DNA from: Paraphysomonas bandaiensis
Taxonomy: Eukaryota; Protista; Chrysophyceae
Assembly (NCBI GenBank): GCA_965644295.1
Contig: CBFFRP010000108.1
Location: 248,001 to 312,000 of the forward strand
Length of the DNA stretch: 64,000 bases
Direction: 5' to 3'
Shown in pieces: positions 45,421-56,739 of the stretch. Numbering within the stretch: position 1 is the first letter of the stretch; every line of letters begins with the position of its first letter. The notes beneath the pieces are model-generated. The model was not told where the DNA came from. It ran no database searches and saw only the letters and a list, made by a program, of their open reading frames with translations. A program made the position numbers and the translations under genes.

Positions 45421-47643
45421 TTAAGGAGCATGTATTGGTATAGGTATTATTTTATTTTTGGTTTTCGTCTTCCTGCATCCTTGCAGCTTTAGTTTCTGTG
45501 TTCTCGCTTCATGAGAAACGCATAACGACGAATCTTTTTTTCTTTCTATTCCAAGATCCAATTTTAACGTGTTTCTCGTTGCACTCTCTATTGAACCATC
45601 CGGATGGAACACAAATAGCTGTTCTACCGCGCTGACACTGGAATCAGGCTGGCAAGGTAAGAAACCAATCGACTCACCCTGGTGCCTCTGTCCATCCAAA
45701 TCTTGATAGGCAAGGCCATCATCAGACTGAGTAAAGTTTGGGATATACGCCAGTACAGCTGGCGATAAACAATACTTTCGGGAGTATTGGTGGTCGATTT
45801 CCTCCACTGTGGATAGTCTACAATGTCCAAAAAGAAACCCACTAGACAGCACACTACTTGAGAAGAGTGACGACTTGTTCCCCCAAGAGTTATGTTGATG
45901 ATCTAAACACGAGCCCTGCCCACCACCATCTGCAGCGCAATATAATCCAGAGCTGTCATCAGTGCGAGTGGCAACATGTCCTACGCAACCTTCCAAAGCA
46001 AAAGCCGTCGCAGGCGAGACGGGAGAACCTTCACTGTCACACTTTACCCAATCGTATGACCCATCACGGGATACAATTCTTAAGCATTTCCTGCGTTCTG
46101 GTTTCGTTTTGAGTCCCTTTGACAAGTAAAATTTCGTTGTCGGGACATGAAAAACTTTTTCTTCATCCAACATTCTCAGTATCTCATCCGTGTACTGGTC
46201 CTTCCTCAACTTGCGGGCAAACATAGGGCGGCGGGAAAGGAGGAGAGGCACATCTCCTGGTTGAAGCCACTGAGGGCTTGTGCCGAACCACCAAGCCATC
46301 GGCTGATGCATCATAGAGCGACATAACTCCTTCCCCTGATTGTTTGTGCTATCACAGTCAGCGCTCCAGGTGTGCGCACTGAACTCCTCTCCAAAACCAC
46401 GGTAGCTCTTCATATCCGCCATGAGGTGGCAGTAAGGAGAGTTATAGAATAAAGTACCCCAGAATATCTCATCGCTTGTAACCATATATTGCAGGCGCGT
46501 GTACAGATAAGTCACTGCATCTTGACCCTCTTTGGTGTGCAGAGTCCAGTTTAGGAAATCACGGGAGATGAATGAGTACAAATGCACGCCGTGATAGTAT
46601 CCGTCCAAATTGCTTATTGGCTGCTTTCGCCAACCAATGTGGCTTACCTCCCGACCACATAGGAAAGTAACGTCATTTAGGGAGTATTTCCACACACTGG
46701 TATTTCCTGGTACAAGACCTGGTCGACCACCCGGGAAGCTTAGCCCTGCATACCGACTAAAGAAATTTCCGAGCTCCTGTGCAGCAGATACAACTATGTG
46801 TGATTCGGATATGGTGACTACATGTGTCAGTGAGGGCCACAACGAGAGAGATATACGCATTGCAGTCATCTGCGCAGTGATAGTTGATATGTCTCCCCAT
46901 TCGACATCGATGGCCTGATCACGCGGTACGAAAGCAGCGCTGTCAGAATGGTTGTCCACCCACTTGATAACTTCACCCCAAAGCGAGTCAGAAGAAGACG
47001 CGTCTACATGAAAAATGTAACGTGCATTCCATATATCCAGTGATCGATTTAGTATTCGCTCAGCAGATGCTAGCGCTATAGTTGCCTCACGATGTAGTAG
47101 AACAATGAACACAACTAAGATACCTTCTCTGCGGTATTTCTTCTGAAGAGAAGCAACTTGAGTCTTGCTTGGCTTCACAGAGGGGCAATGTCTTGGGACT
47201 AATGAAGAAATGCATCTCGGCAGATGTCTATATTTTTCTCTTGATTTGTATGCACTCTTTAGCCGTAGCATACAATCGCTTGATAACTTCTTCTCCTGCG
47301 CACCGAAAGGCTCCATCAAATCACCTAACGAATTATTCACAAAGTAATGCGGCATATACGCAAAATCTGGAATAAGTTCTCCACAGTACTCATATTCATG
47401 CACACCGTTATTTTGACGGATAGTTATAAATCTTTCGTTCGGGTCGGATGGATTCGTATCAGTCTGTGTCTCTACGGATACAAATGCATTCAACACAACC
47501 AGCACCCATAGAGCACGGCATGAACCATGGGTGCGGTGCATAGTGCAAGAGGAGCAATACTCAACGAAAGTTACAATCAGTGCTGCAGCGTAATGCCCCA
47601 GTGCGGGTGATTGAGTTGCTGCCTGTTGATTGCATCTCATCAA
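45421..47643 (-). CDS. Glycosyltransferase family 14 (Core-2/I-branching, xylosyltransferase-like) with a Cys-rich, possibly ricin-type lectin C-terminus
   Basis: Motifs YIFHVDA, VEWGDISTITA, VTISESH, SDEIFWGTL and PMFARK. The true start may be the downstream MHRTHGS..., which precedes a hydrophobic signal/anchor. Confidence 0.8.
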   Translation of the reverse strand: MMRCNQQAATQSPALGHYAAALIVTFVEYCSSCTMHRTHGSCRALWVLVVLNAFVSVETQTDTNPSDPNERFITIRQNNGVHEYEYCGELIPDFAYMPHYFVNNSLGDLMEPFGAQEKKLSSDCMLRLKSAYKSREKYRHLPRCISSLVPRHCPSVKPSKTQVASLQKKYRREGILVVFIVLLHREATIALASAERILNRSLDIWNARYIFHVDASSSDSLWGEVIKWVDNHSDSAAFVPRDQAIDVEWGDISTITAQMTAMRISLSLWPSLTHVVTISESHIVVSAAQELGNFFSRYAGLSFPGGRPGLVPGNTSVWKYSLNDVTFLCGREVSHIGWRKQPISNLDGYYHGVHLYSFISRDFLNWTLHTKEGQDAVTYLYTRLQYMVTSDEIFWGTLFYNSPYCHLMADMKSYRGFGEEFSAHTWSADCDSTNNQGKELCRSMMHQPMAWWFGTSPQWLQPGDVPLLLSRRPMFARKLRKDQYTDEILRMLDEEKVFHVPTTKFYLSKGLKTKPERRKCLRIVSRDGSYDWVKCDSEGSPVSPATAFALEGCVGHVATRTDDSSGLYCAADGGGQGSCLDHQHNSWGNKSSLFSSSVLSSGFLFGHCRLSTVEEIDHQYSRKYCLSPAVLAYIPNFTQSDDGLAYQDLDGQRHQGESIGFLPCQPDSSVSAVEQLFVFHPDGSIESATRNTLKLDLGIERKKDSSLCVSHEARTQKLKLQGCRKTKTKNKIIPIPIHAP

Positions 47644-48018
47644 CTGCGCTCTCTATTCAACCGCTCATTATACACTGCTGTACTCAACTGTATACTCTTC
47701 CTCCTTCATACGGACTGTATACCTGTATACACTGTATTTCATACCAACGCACCAAACAGTTCTATCTCAGCCTCACAGCCAAACAAAACTAAATGATAGG
47801 TCAGGAATACACGAGAAATAGGAAGGGGCGGGATGCGACAGTCTCCCCAGTCAACCCTTGAAGCGTATGCGTCTCGCCAGTGGTTAGAAGATGAGGGATC
47901 ATCATGCTGTCCATGTAGTGCACAGGATGGGCCTACATGTACTTCACATAGCGTTAGTCGAACACCGCATCCCTGATACCTAGAAGCCGTAATGTATGAG
48001 TGTTAATTTACCCCAATC

Positions 48019-48492
48019 ATGCTACGATTCACGAACTCGACAATAAAGAACAAGCCGCCGCCTATCATAACGACAAAGAAATCTGCTGTGAAGACCGTAC
48101 GTGTTGAACAAGTCCGTACGGATAATAGCAACAATAAGTTAGATGTATATGAATCTGAGAGCACAGAGCCACTGGAAATACAAACACAAGATGAGCAAAA
48201 GAAAGCTCCCGTAAAAAAGATGGTCTCATTACCATCTGCCCCAAGAAGCCAGCGAGACAAGATATTCTCCCGTATGCTCTCCAAAGCATCAAATTCATTC
48301 AGTACTTCCATTAGAGGTGATCTATTCTCTGATCGGTCATCCTTCCGAAGAAGTCTTGGGGTGGGATCTCCTAAGGTCCACGCCGAAGTGTATAAGGCTC
48401 CTCGCACTCCCCCGAAGAGGTACAAAAGGGAACGAGTTCTCAAAAGAATGCTTAATAGTTCATCCCCAACTCCTAAAGCCACTGAAGTTTAG
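48019..48492 (+). CDS. Hypothetical basic, low-complexity protein (possibly a terminal exon)
   Basis: 157-aa K/S/R-rich ORF, divergent from the GT14 gene. No motif recognised. Confidence 0.4.
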   Translation: MLRFTNSTIKNKPPPIITTKKSAVKTVRVEQVRTDNSNNKLDVYESESTEPLEIQTQDEQKKAPVKKMVSLPSAPRSQRDKIFSRMLSKASNSFSTSIRGDLFSDRSSFRRSLGVGSPKVHAEVYKAPRTPPKRYKRERVLKRMLNSSSPTPKATEV

Positions 48493-49301
48493 TAACCTGT
48501 GTAACACGTATGTCAGTCATTGGCATAGCTTATATTATTTATCGTTAGTGTAGTGTTGAGGCGTAAATATTGTGGCCCTACTTTCATTCTGTGGTATTAG
48601 ATTGAAGTATGCGTAGCACTGTAATTATTCTGCTTCGAGTGAGTTTCGTCTAAATTTTTCCTGTTGGTTGCATGTCAAGTTTTTTTAAAAAACATGATTA
48701 GAAAATGTTTCTTTCTTCTACGACGCAGCCTTGTTTCACCAGTTGCTCGAATGGGATCACTACATTTGTTTTAGAAAAAGCTATCTTATAGCATATGGCA
48801 TTATAGAAGGTATTGAGTGAGTAGATCGCATAGGTTAACAATGCCTTTAGAAAAAGTAATAGCTTCCTCGTGGAGCATGTCATATGTAAACGAAAATACA
48901 CAACACTTAATTAACAACCGCAGCACTACCGCATCATGGCGCCCGTGCCATGTATTAAGTACCTATAGTAATTGACAATTGCATGTAAGTCGTAAGTGAA
49001 ATAGTATTTAGTAGGGAGTGTAGTATGTACATGAACAATAACATCCTTATTGCCAAGAAAAAAGTCAACAGGACTGTTATACCTAAGAAGTAGTAACCTA
49101 ATGCTTTTTCAGCATCTTGTAGTTATTTCGTAAGATATATTGACATTCATTGCTATCCCATACTATTAATTATTAGTTGATGTGCGTGCATTGTGAGCAC
49201 CTACTGCGTATATTCTAACTCTTGCATTTTGGTACCCAAGATAGTAAACACTGCGTGAAATATTGTTGACTTATATCTAGAGTTGGATTCAAGATCGACC
49301 T

Positions 49302-50201
49302 CTAAACTCCGACATTAGCGACTGCTGCTGCGGCTTCCTCCTCGAGGGTTGGGGGTTTTGGGGGGGCATTGTTCTTCTCTGCAGGAGCAAACACGTAGCC
49401 TGCATACACGAGCATTACACCAGCACAATGCATTCCACACAAAATAATCCATACGTGGTATCATAGTATAATGTCAGTGCAATTATATAATTCTACAAAA
49501 CGATAGCTACATATATCCGACTTATTCTGCAGCGAAACCAACCTTTAGCATTGCGGAAGGAGCTCATGTCCCTCATGCTTGTAGCATGATGCTTATACTC
49601 AATCATAGTGGATGGTTCCAGATCAAGAATTTGCTTCATTTTCTCTCCAATGTGAAATCTCACGTCGTCATTGGTATTGTCTTTATTCCAGACAGAAATG
49701 AGGTCCTCACGTGACCGGATATGCACGCTGATACCAACGACATCCGGCTCCTCAAAGAGCTCCCCGATGGTGGAAAGGACCATGTCATGCCACATCTTTC
49801 CCAGAACAGAAGCACCTGTGTCGAGCTTCTTCTTTACTTTGAGAATCCAGCAACCACCTTTTGGAAAGCATTCCCACATGGGGGCGATGTCCGGCCCATC
49901 ACGGAAGAGATAAAGATTGACATTCACATCGAGCACACTGGGGCGCTTAAGGTACAGGTAAAGTTTCCAAAAACTTTCGACGGTGTTGAAAGACCCTAAT
50001 TTAACTAGACTGGCGCGGTATTCACTGGCTCCAGCGACCTTCTTGTTCTGTTTTTTGTCGTACCAGAATGCCCAGTCTGTCTGGAGTGGGTGCTCACTCT
50101 GAGCATTGTCCCACACCGTACTATTTTCCATTTGTCCAACATCTAAAAGCCTATTATACATACAGTACAGTATATCATATATTCTTACCTTGTTTGCTCA
50201 T
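49302..50201 (-). CDS. EIF4E: eIF4E-family cap-binding protein, 3 exons
   Basis: HPLQTDWAFWYD, FNTVESFWKLY, LYLFRDG...PMWE...GGCW, DLISVWN and IEYKHH. Short first exon MSKQ|D; last exon ends ANVGV*. Confidence 0.92.
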
Positions 50202-51434
50202 GGCGATATCTGGCTATATAATAGTTATATGTAGTTTATAACTTCTGCTACGCTTAATACGTCAAACGGTAGTCCAGATAGACTAAAGTATATTTACAAT
50301 CCAGAAAGATGACTGCTATGCAATTCAAAGTACAGCGCACAGTATATGGAGCGCAAACGGACAATAGAGTTGGACATTAAGTGCTCCAGTTCTTCTCTAT
50401 AGTCTACAGAGCCCAGCTGAGCCCTCCAGCCAGCCATTCAACACCATACAGCACAGGGCTATACGTACACTATACAGAGTCTGGAATACTGCTGTTCCAT
50501 TGTACGACATAGTACAGGGAGTATTCTTGTACTACTATATACAGCGTATATACGTCCTCTGCGGTGCATGTACAAGCAAGATCTTGTATGAAGATCAGGG
50601 GCGGCATACTGAACTCTGCTTGCAAGTTTGGAGCTCGACTTATGGGAAAGAACTCCACATTACCGCATGTGAATGCGAATGCCTGCGTCTATTTAAACAC
50701 TATTCCCCGTGTTTAAGCAGGTGTCAGTAACAAGATTCTGTTATACTTACTTCTACTTTGAACAATCCATCTACGTATAGTTAATCTTACCTTGTTCATG
50801 TATTCAGTGTATGATGTGCTCTGACCTTTGTGCATATTGGCCAATAGAAGCACGTAATACAAAGTAAATGTATGTGTACAAAGATAAAATGATCAGGATT
50901 AATTGACACCCATATAAGCATGGAGTCGATTGAAGTCTTAATTGCGTATATATAACTATAGCCACATTTACAAGAACTAGTTTTATGAATTGTTTACTGT
51001 CAAGAGCGAGAATATATGCCGAGATAGAATTACTGCTATGTGATCAATACATGAGAAATTTCTCTCGACCTTTATGCTGTGCAAGTGTTTTAATAGTCAG
51101 GTTAGCAATGTATCACGTGTGTTTAGACAGCAGAATAGCGATACCGTAAGTATAGTTTTACACAAATAACTTCCGCTAATAAAGCATTGGTATGAATGTA
51201 ATCATAAATTAGCTTCGACCGAATCTGGGTTACCGTGAATCGCTAAATATGATATATCCGCACATCCAATTCTTTCCCGAGAATACGATTCAAGTATTAG
51301 TTAGGCACCCACCTGGCTCTACCTAAGTATGCGCTCAGAATGGAGCAGTGATAAAAGGATATCTTCAACCCCTGTTTGTAGTATTATATACATTAAACAT
51401 ATTATTACTGACTGTTCAAAGTTTTAGACTAATG

Positions 51435-53428
51435 CTATGAATCTAATGTCCGCTTTTTACGTCTAGATCCAGTGGTAACGACTGCTTTTGCCTTTTTGCC
51501 TATACTACCACTATTTACATTTCTTTCTTTCTGGGATAAATTTTCTTTCGTGGCAATTTGCAAATCAGCACCTGGCATATCAGACGGGATATTTATCATC
51601 CGTGAATCTAACAATGCAGCCACCGTTGACACATAGGATGTCACGCGACTATATCTGTACACAAAGTAAATAGAAGTTTTACAGCAACTAAACATGACAC
51701 CTCTCTCTAAAAAAGTCACTGAAATGAGATATAACCATATCCACTTCTTCCATTTCCCATCCTTTGAATATGCCTTGCTCGTGTCTGAGCCGTTCCCCCA
51801 TCAACCACTGTAACTTATCTTTAAACAAATGGAACACATCTCTAAGGTCCAGCGCAATCAACTCCAGACAGTGCAGATCGATGTCGGCTGTAACAAGAGA
51901 GGAGAAGCATCAGGTAAATGAAATCGAAAACAGTGTAGATATCAATATTTTATCAGGCTAAACGTGGGACATACACATATAAATATATATCTACCATGAC
52001 GACGAACGTACTCATATCATTATCCTTTTTCTCAGTTAGTGGATTACATTGGAGCGCGCTGTCGATCATCTTCGAAGCTTTGAGCATCTGTGTCAGGCAC
52101 ATAAAACATATAAAACGATTATAACCATAACATTGAATCCTTGTGGAACACAATTCATACTACGAAAGATGGGCACTAAGTCATACGTACTGAATACCAC
52201 ATAGTCATTCAAACAACATCAATAGTGCGTACATGTGCGCAGGAGTCTTCGGGAGTTGAACTACGATGCACTTTTCGCATTTCATGAAACTTAGACACGT
52301 GGTTCTTTCCACGAATAAATACATATTCAGCATACTGCAAAAGAAATTTCGTGGGGGTAGTATAGAGCTCTGTGTTCCGACGAATAACATTCACATCAAA
52401 GTATCTGCAACATACTAGATAATTACAATACCCACATCACAATTACATCTCTCAATGAGACATTAACAATGTTCATATAGTCTTACTTGGAATTCGTCTT
52501 GGACGACATCTCAGATGACATACGGTTAAAAAGGGCCTTGAAGATAATGCCGTCCTCGGAGTCCGACTCTCTGAATACACGGGGTAAATATATTTGTATG
52601 CTTATTTCGCGATATTGTTTCATGCATACTACCTGATCAGTGTGTGCAAAAGAACAAGACCTTTCATTGATGTAAGAGGGTTGGGTTCAGAAATTTTAGC
52701 CCATATTTTTCTCAAAGTTATTCTGATGACAATATTGTTTCAATATATACATTTAGAAATATATTCATAGACATTACTCACCTGTAGGGATTAGACTCAG
52801 ACGTCAGGTCTGTGTCGCTGACAAAGTCTCGTGTGATGTCCATCATCGCTTGCACATCCCTTGCAGGAGGTCTACACTGATCTACGCAAGTGTCACATTA
52901 CACTACAGAATAAGCACTTTAGTGTCGACCTGGGGTAGTAAGACGTAACAGTAAGGATTCAAAATCACTTGAAAATATAATCTTTATATCTCTTTGTATC
53001 TTCGATGTTGCACGCCTGGCAATGGAAAGTAAGTCACTGATACCTTCATTTACAACCTCTAGTTTCCTAATTGTTCCAGTAAATTAAATTCCAATGGCAA
53101 AATAAGATTCATACCGTAGTAATTTAGAGGATAGCGGAGTTTTTACTTCTGGAAGAATGACATCATTCCCACCACTTCTGTTGATCTGTACTTTTGACAC
53201 AACAGAACTGTCGGATAGAACCCTTTGCTTATTGTTTGTTCTCGCATAAGCTCTGGTAATAAACACTGAGAGTAAAGAACAGTGAGAGATGTCACAGTGT
53301 TTGTCATATCTGTGATACTTACAGGGCTGCTTGAGGCCACATACCGCTACACACCACATAACGAGGACGAACCATTGCAATCGGATAAGTCGAGGGTTGA
53401 TCATGTCATCTATTGTCTCCACTGACAA
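51435..53428 (-). CDS. Uncharacterised multi-exon protein with N-terminal signal-like segment; boundaries approximate
   Basis: Hydrophobic N-terminus (LQWFVLVMWCVAVCG) and several minus-strand coding-like segments bounded by GT-AG. No family recognised. Confidence 0.5.
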
Positions 53429-54021
53429 TTAAACAAATGCTGCCATGATAAGCCTGCGCAGGTAGAGTGCAGTAAGCTATGAGTGCAGTGAGCGTCCACA
53501 TCTCTCTATGCACTCTACTGTACTGTATGCGAGCATATACACCACCGTATAATGCCTGTATTAATACGGAATACAGTGCTGTATAACTACGAATCTGAAG
53601 TATGTATATGGTGGACAGAATACTGCTGCAATGTTACAATGGTGGATGAGGACAGCTTAATTGGGGTGTGGTTCATTCCATAGTAATCGTCCATAATGCA
53701 GATTCCATCGAACGACTTAATGTCGTGAAATGTCTTGCACGGAGTATTAGGCAGAGCAATGCGAGGTCAAGAGTCGAAATATGCATTCCATTTAAAGTAC
53801 TCTGAACTGTATTCTAAGCTGTATACTGCCGTACTGTACGAACACCACCACATACACACAGTAGTCCAATCTGTATATCGTGTCTGTATTATTGTATACC
53901 GGTACAGTATACTGTATGGTCGTGTGAATGGAATGTGAGGCATGTTCCACATTCCATACAGACCCTCATCAGACAGAGAAGCGTCCAAAGACGTGTACAA
54001 GTCCCGATAAATACCACTGCA

Positions 54022-54420
54022 ATGAATATGATTCACGGAGATCAAGATTATGATGGCCCTGAAATGACAGAGGCAATGTTTCAGGAGCAGATGCACGGCG
54101 CTCTTCGTAATTTTTGGATGGAGCAGATAAGAGAGATGGAAGATCTTGGAATTGGATCAGAACAAGACTTCAAAAACCATAACGACTTACCTCTGGCTAG
54201 GATTAAGCGTATTATGAAGTCTGACGAAGATGTGCGCATGATTAGTGCAGAAGCTCCGGTTTTGTTCGCCAAGGCTTGCGAAATGTTTATCCTCGAACTC
54301 ACACTTCGAGCATGGTGCAATTCTGAAAAAATGAAGCGTCGCACATTACAAAAGGACGATATTGAAGCTGCTATCAAAAATACTGATATATTTGACTTCT
54401 TGGTAGGCTTACAAGCATAA
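54022..54420 (+). CDS. NFYC: Nuclear transcription factor Y subunit C (HAP5, histone fold)
   Basis: LPLARIKRIMKSDEDVRMISAEAPVLFAKACEMFILELTLRAW...RRTLQKDDI...DIFDFLV. The first ATG is at 54022. Confidence 0.96.
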   Translation: MNMIHGDQDYDGPEMTEAMFQEQMHGALRNFWMEQIREMEDLGIGSEQDFKNHNDLPLARIKRIMKSDEDVRMISAEAPVLFAKACEMFILELTLRAWCNSEKMKRRTLQKDDIEAAIKNTDIFDFLVGLQA

Positions 54421-55199
54421 CCGGTACTGTTGGTGTAATTACGAGGACATATTCAGAGTGAACAGTTGCACTCTGGTAGTTTCATTTGTACACTTTCATA
54501 GAACGTACGTGTAACTGTGTCATGTTTTTAACGTTTAGTCCATCATATATGCTCTGAATAACGGGCAGTAGGCCAATCTAAGGCGTACTCTATGTCTTTC
54601 GTTGCATTGACGCTGTCATCATAGTGACTGTATACGCTGCGCTTCCGAACAATATTAAGGCGTCAGTTTATATAGAAGTCCTAGCATCATTATTCGTGGT
54701 TGATATAATTTATAAATTGCAGACATCTATTATTATACGAGTGCGACAATTGACACACATTTTTTTTTGTCAAAATTCATATAATTACGACCTAAGTTAC
54801 AGTCAGTAGTGAATAATCATTTCGCTAAATTTGATAGTGCCGTATCTCGCACGTTACAACGAGCCGATACATCGAGTGAAAGATAATGTTTTTTATATAT
54901 AATGTAGTTTAAGATTTAAGAATGTAAACAGTACTCATATATCGTACTGTACATTGCACAATACACAACACTTCATGCTGTTAAAAACATAATATATACA
55001 CTAGAATGTATAGCTATTTGTGGCTTGCATGCTGTTAGAGGAAATAGGAGTTCCCTGATTAACATAATACGGTTGTTTCCTTAAGATAGTGAAATAACCA
55101 GCTACTGGATTATTCTATACTATTCGTATATGATTAAACTTGTACATATTCCATGTTTAAAAATATACAATTGTTATAAATATCGACTCTATGAATCAA

Positions 55200-55450
55200 G
55201 ATCTACTGAATGATATGACTATTTTATGATAGGCTTTATATTGAAATATGCAATGATATATATAACTGAAACAGATAAAGAGATAACAGATATATTATGA
55301 TGAGGACCATGGTTGATGATATTTGCAGGACATTATAAAGATACGCAAGGCTTGAGAATTTTACTCGTGAATTCCTGGTTTTATATCCAGGCTAATAGAG
55401 GGGTATTGCCGAATTCTCCAGTAATGCAGTTGTACTTTACTTGTGCTATG
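55200..55450 (+). repeat. Degenerate dispersed repeat, homologous to about 500-970 (-)
   Basis: About 90 bp of gap-free similarity to the reverse complement of 700-800, plus weaker flanks. Confidence 0.65.
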
Positions 55451-56254
55451 TTGTCCTGAAGAGATTGTATTTGAAGTATACTATGTCAAGTCTTTGGATG
55501 AGGACAGTGATGATGACTCTTCTTTATCCGCAATGAAATAATCTTCGCATATTTGTAGTATTGATTCCCATTCAGGAGTACGACCTCCAAAGCAGAGAGC
55601 TAAATCCAAACGGAAGGTTCATTCAGCACGGAAAGTTGTCTATGTTGTCCACACGGTGACTCCATGAGATGAGTCTGCTGATAAACTTTCCATGTAGCAT
55701 GTTTCGTATCTTAATAAAGTTGAACAAGGACAGTGAGTTCAAAGAGAAGGCTGGCACCAGGTCGGCCATGGTTAAATGGAGTCATTAATTGACAAGGATT
55801 GTGCTCAACCTTAGGAGAGAACTCATTCCCAAGAGAGCGATATTATATTCGTGGAATCGGCTCGTATATATATTGGTACAATGGAGAGGGCAGTTAAGTT
55901 TATATAGTTCGAGCTCGGCGTGTCTTACCGGTTACAGTATTGCCTGAAGAGGCATCACTATTAAGTGATGATTGGAAACTGGTTCAACTGCAAGCATGGG
56001 TTCCAATCATCCCACAGTGTTCGATGTATGTAATCTTTGGGGGTCATCCATTACGGGAAATAAAGATGGTTGACCTCTTTGAACATAAGCTATTGCTAAA
56101 AATAAGTCTTTCACACATTATAATAATCACCATAGTCAGTTTTACTTCTAACTATTCCGTTGTGTGTGATAGTTATGTTCTGAATTTTATTCACTTTTCT
56201 ACATTACTGTGCTCAACACTTTGCATTCTAATAATCACAACATTCTTCTGTGCT

Positions 56255-56340
56255 CCCTCAACAAAGTCGGACTCGCACCTTTTCGTGGCGTTCTGGGGGA
56301 TAAGTACCGGAGAGATTCTCTCTGGGAAACTAACGTGAAC
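56255..56340 (+). ncRNA. HDV-like (Pr77-type) ribozyme fold, copy 1
   Basis: CCCTCAAC (P1), TCGC (P2), ACC-TTTTCGT-GGC (P3/L3), GTTCTGGG (P1'), AGTA-CCGGAGAG/CTCTCTGG-GAA (P4), ACTAA (J4/2, candidate catalytic C56330), GTGA (P2'). It begins exactly at the TSD-defined 5' end. Confidence 0.62.
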
Positions 56341-56739
56341 CGCAAACATAGTCAGCAGATATTCTTCTGCCCACTCATAGCCGAATGCATGCGTGGTACA
56401 AGGGACACCAATAAGTGTCACTTGTGTAGACGTCTTTGGGCCCTGACGAATAAACAGGCATCTGGGACAGGGCCCACCTAAAGGGGAACCGGGGTATTGG
56501 GCTGCCTGCTGAAGTCAAGCATCCGGGATGTTCACCTTAAGAACTCAGAGCGGAAGTGGTCACACCTTGGTGCTTGCGGCGACGCACAAGCAGCTTCCGT
56601 GGCGTTAAATAGTTAAATAGTGTGTAATGATTCGTTACAGGTAGAGGTCTAACTAGTTTGTCTAGCATTCGTCTAGCTACAAAGTTGGTACTGGTTTTTA
56701 ACGCCTATTGCTCTCTATAAGACTTTTAATATACTACTA
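56255..56739 (+). mobile_element. Complete 485-bp non-autonomous non-LTR retroelement (HDV-like head plus LINE-A 3' tail)
   Basis: TSD CTGTGCT at 56248-56254 and 56740-56746. Starts CCCTCAAC; from about 56550 it matches the LINE 3' UTR (9364-9549); ends in a (TAC)n tail. Confidence 0.92.

Noticed and set aside
56430-56460. Hammerhead ribozyme (GTC...CTGACGA) in the element body, also at about 31580
   Set aside because: No conserved GAAA or stems II/III, and CTGACGA is altered in the 6.2, 38.8 and 39.5 kb copies.
56255-56545. tRNA-, 5S- or 7SL-derived SINE head
   Set aside because: No conserved Pol III A/B boxes or recognisable similarity across copies; an HDV-like fold explains the conservation better.
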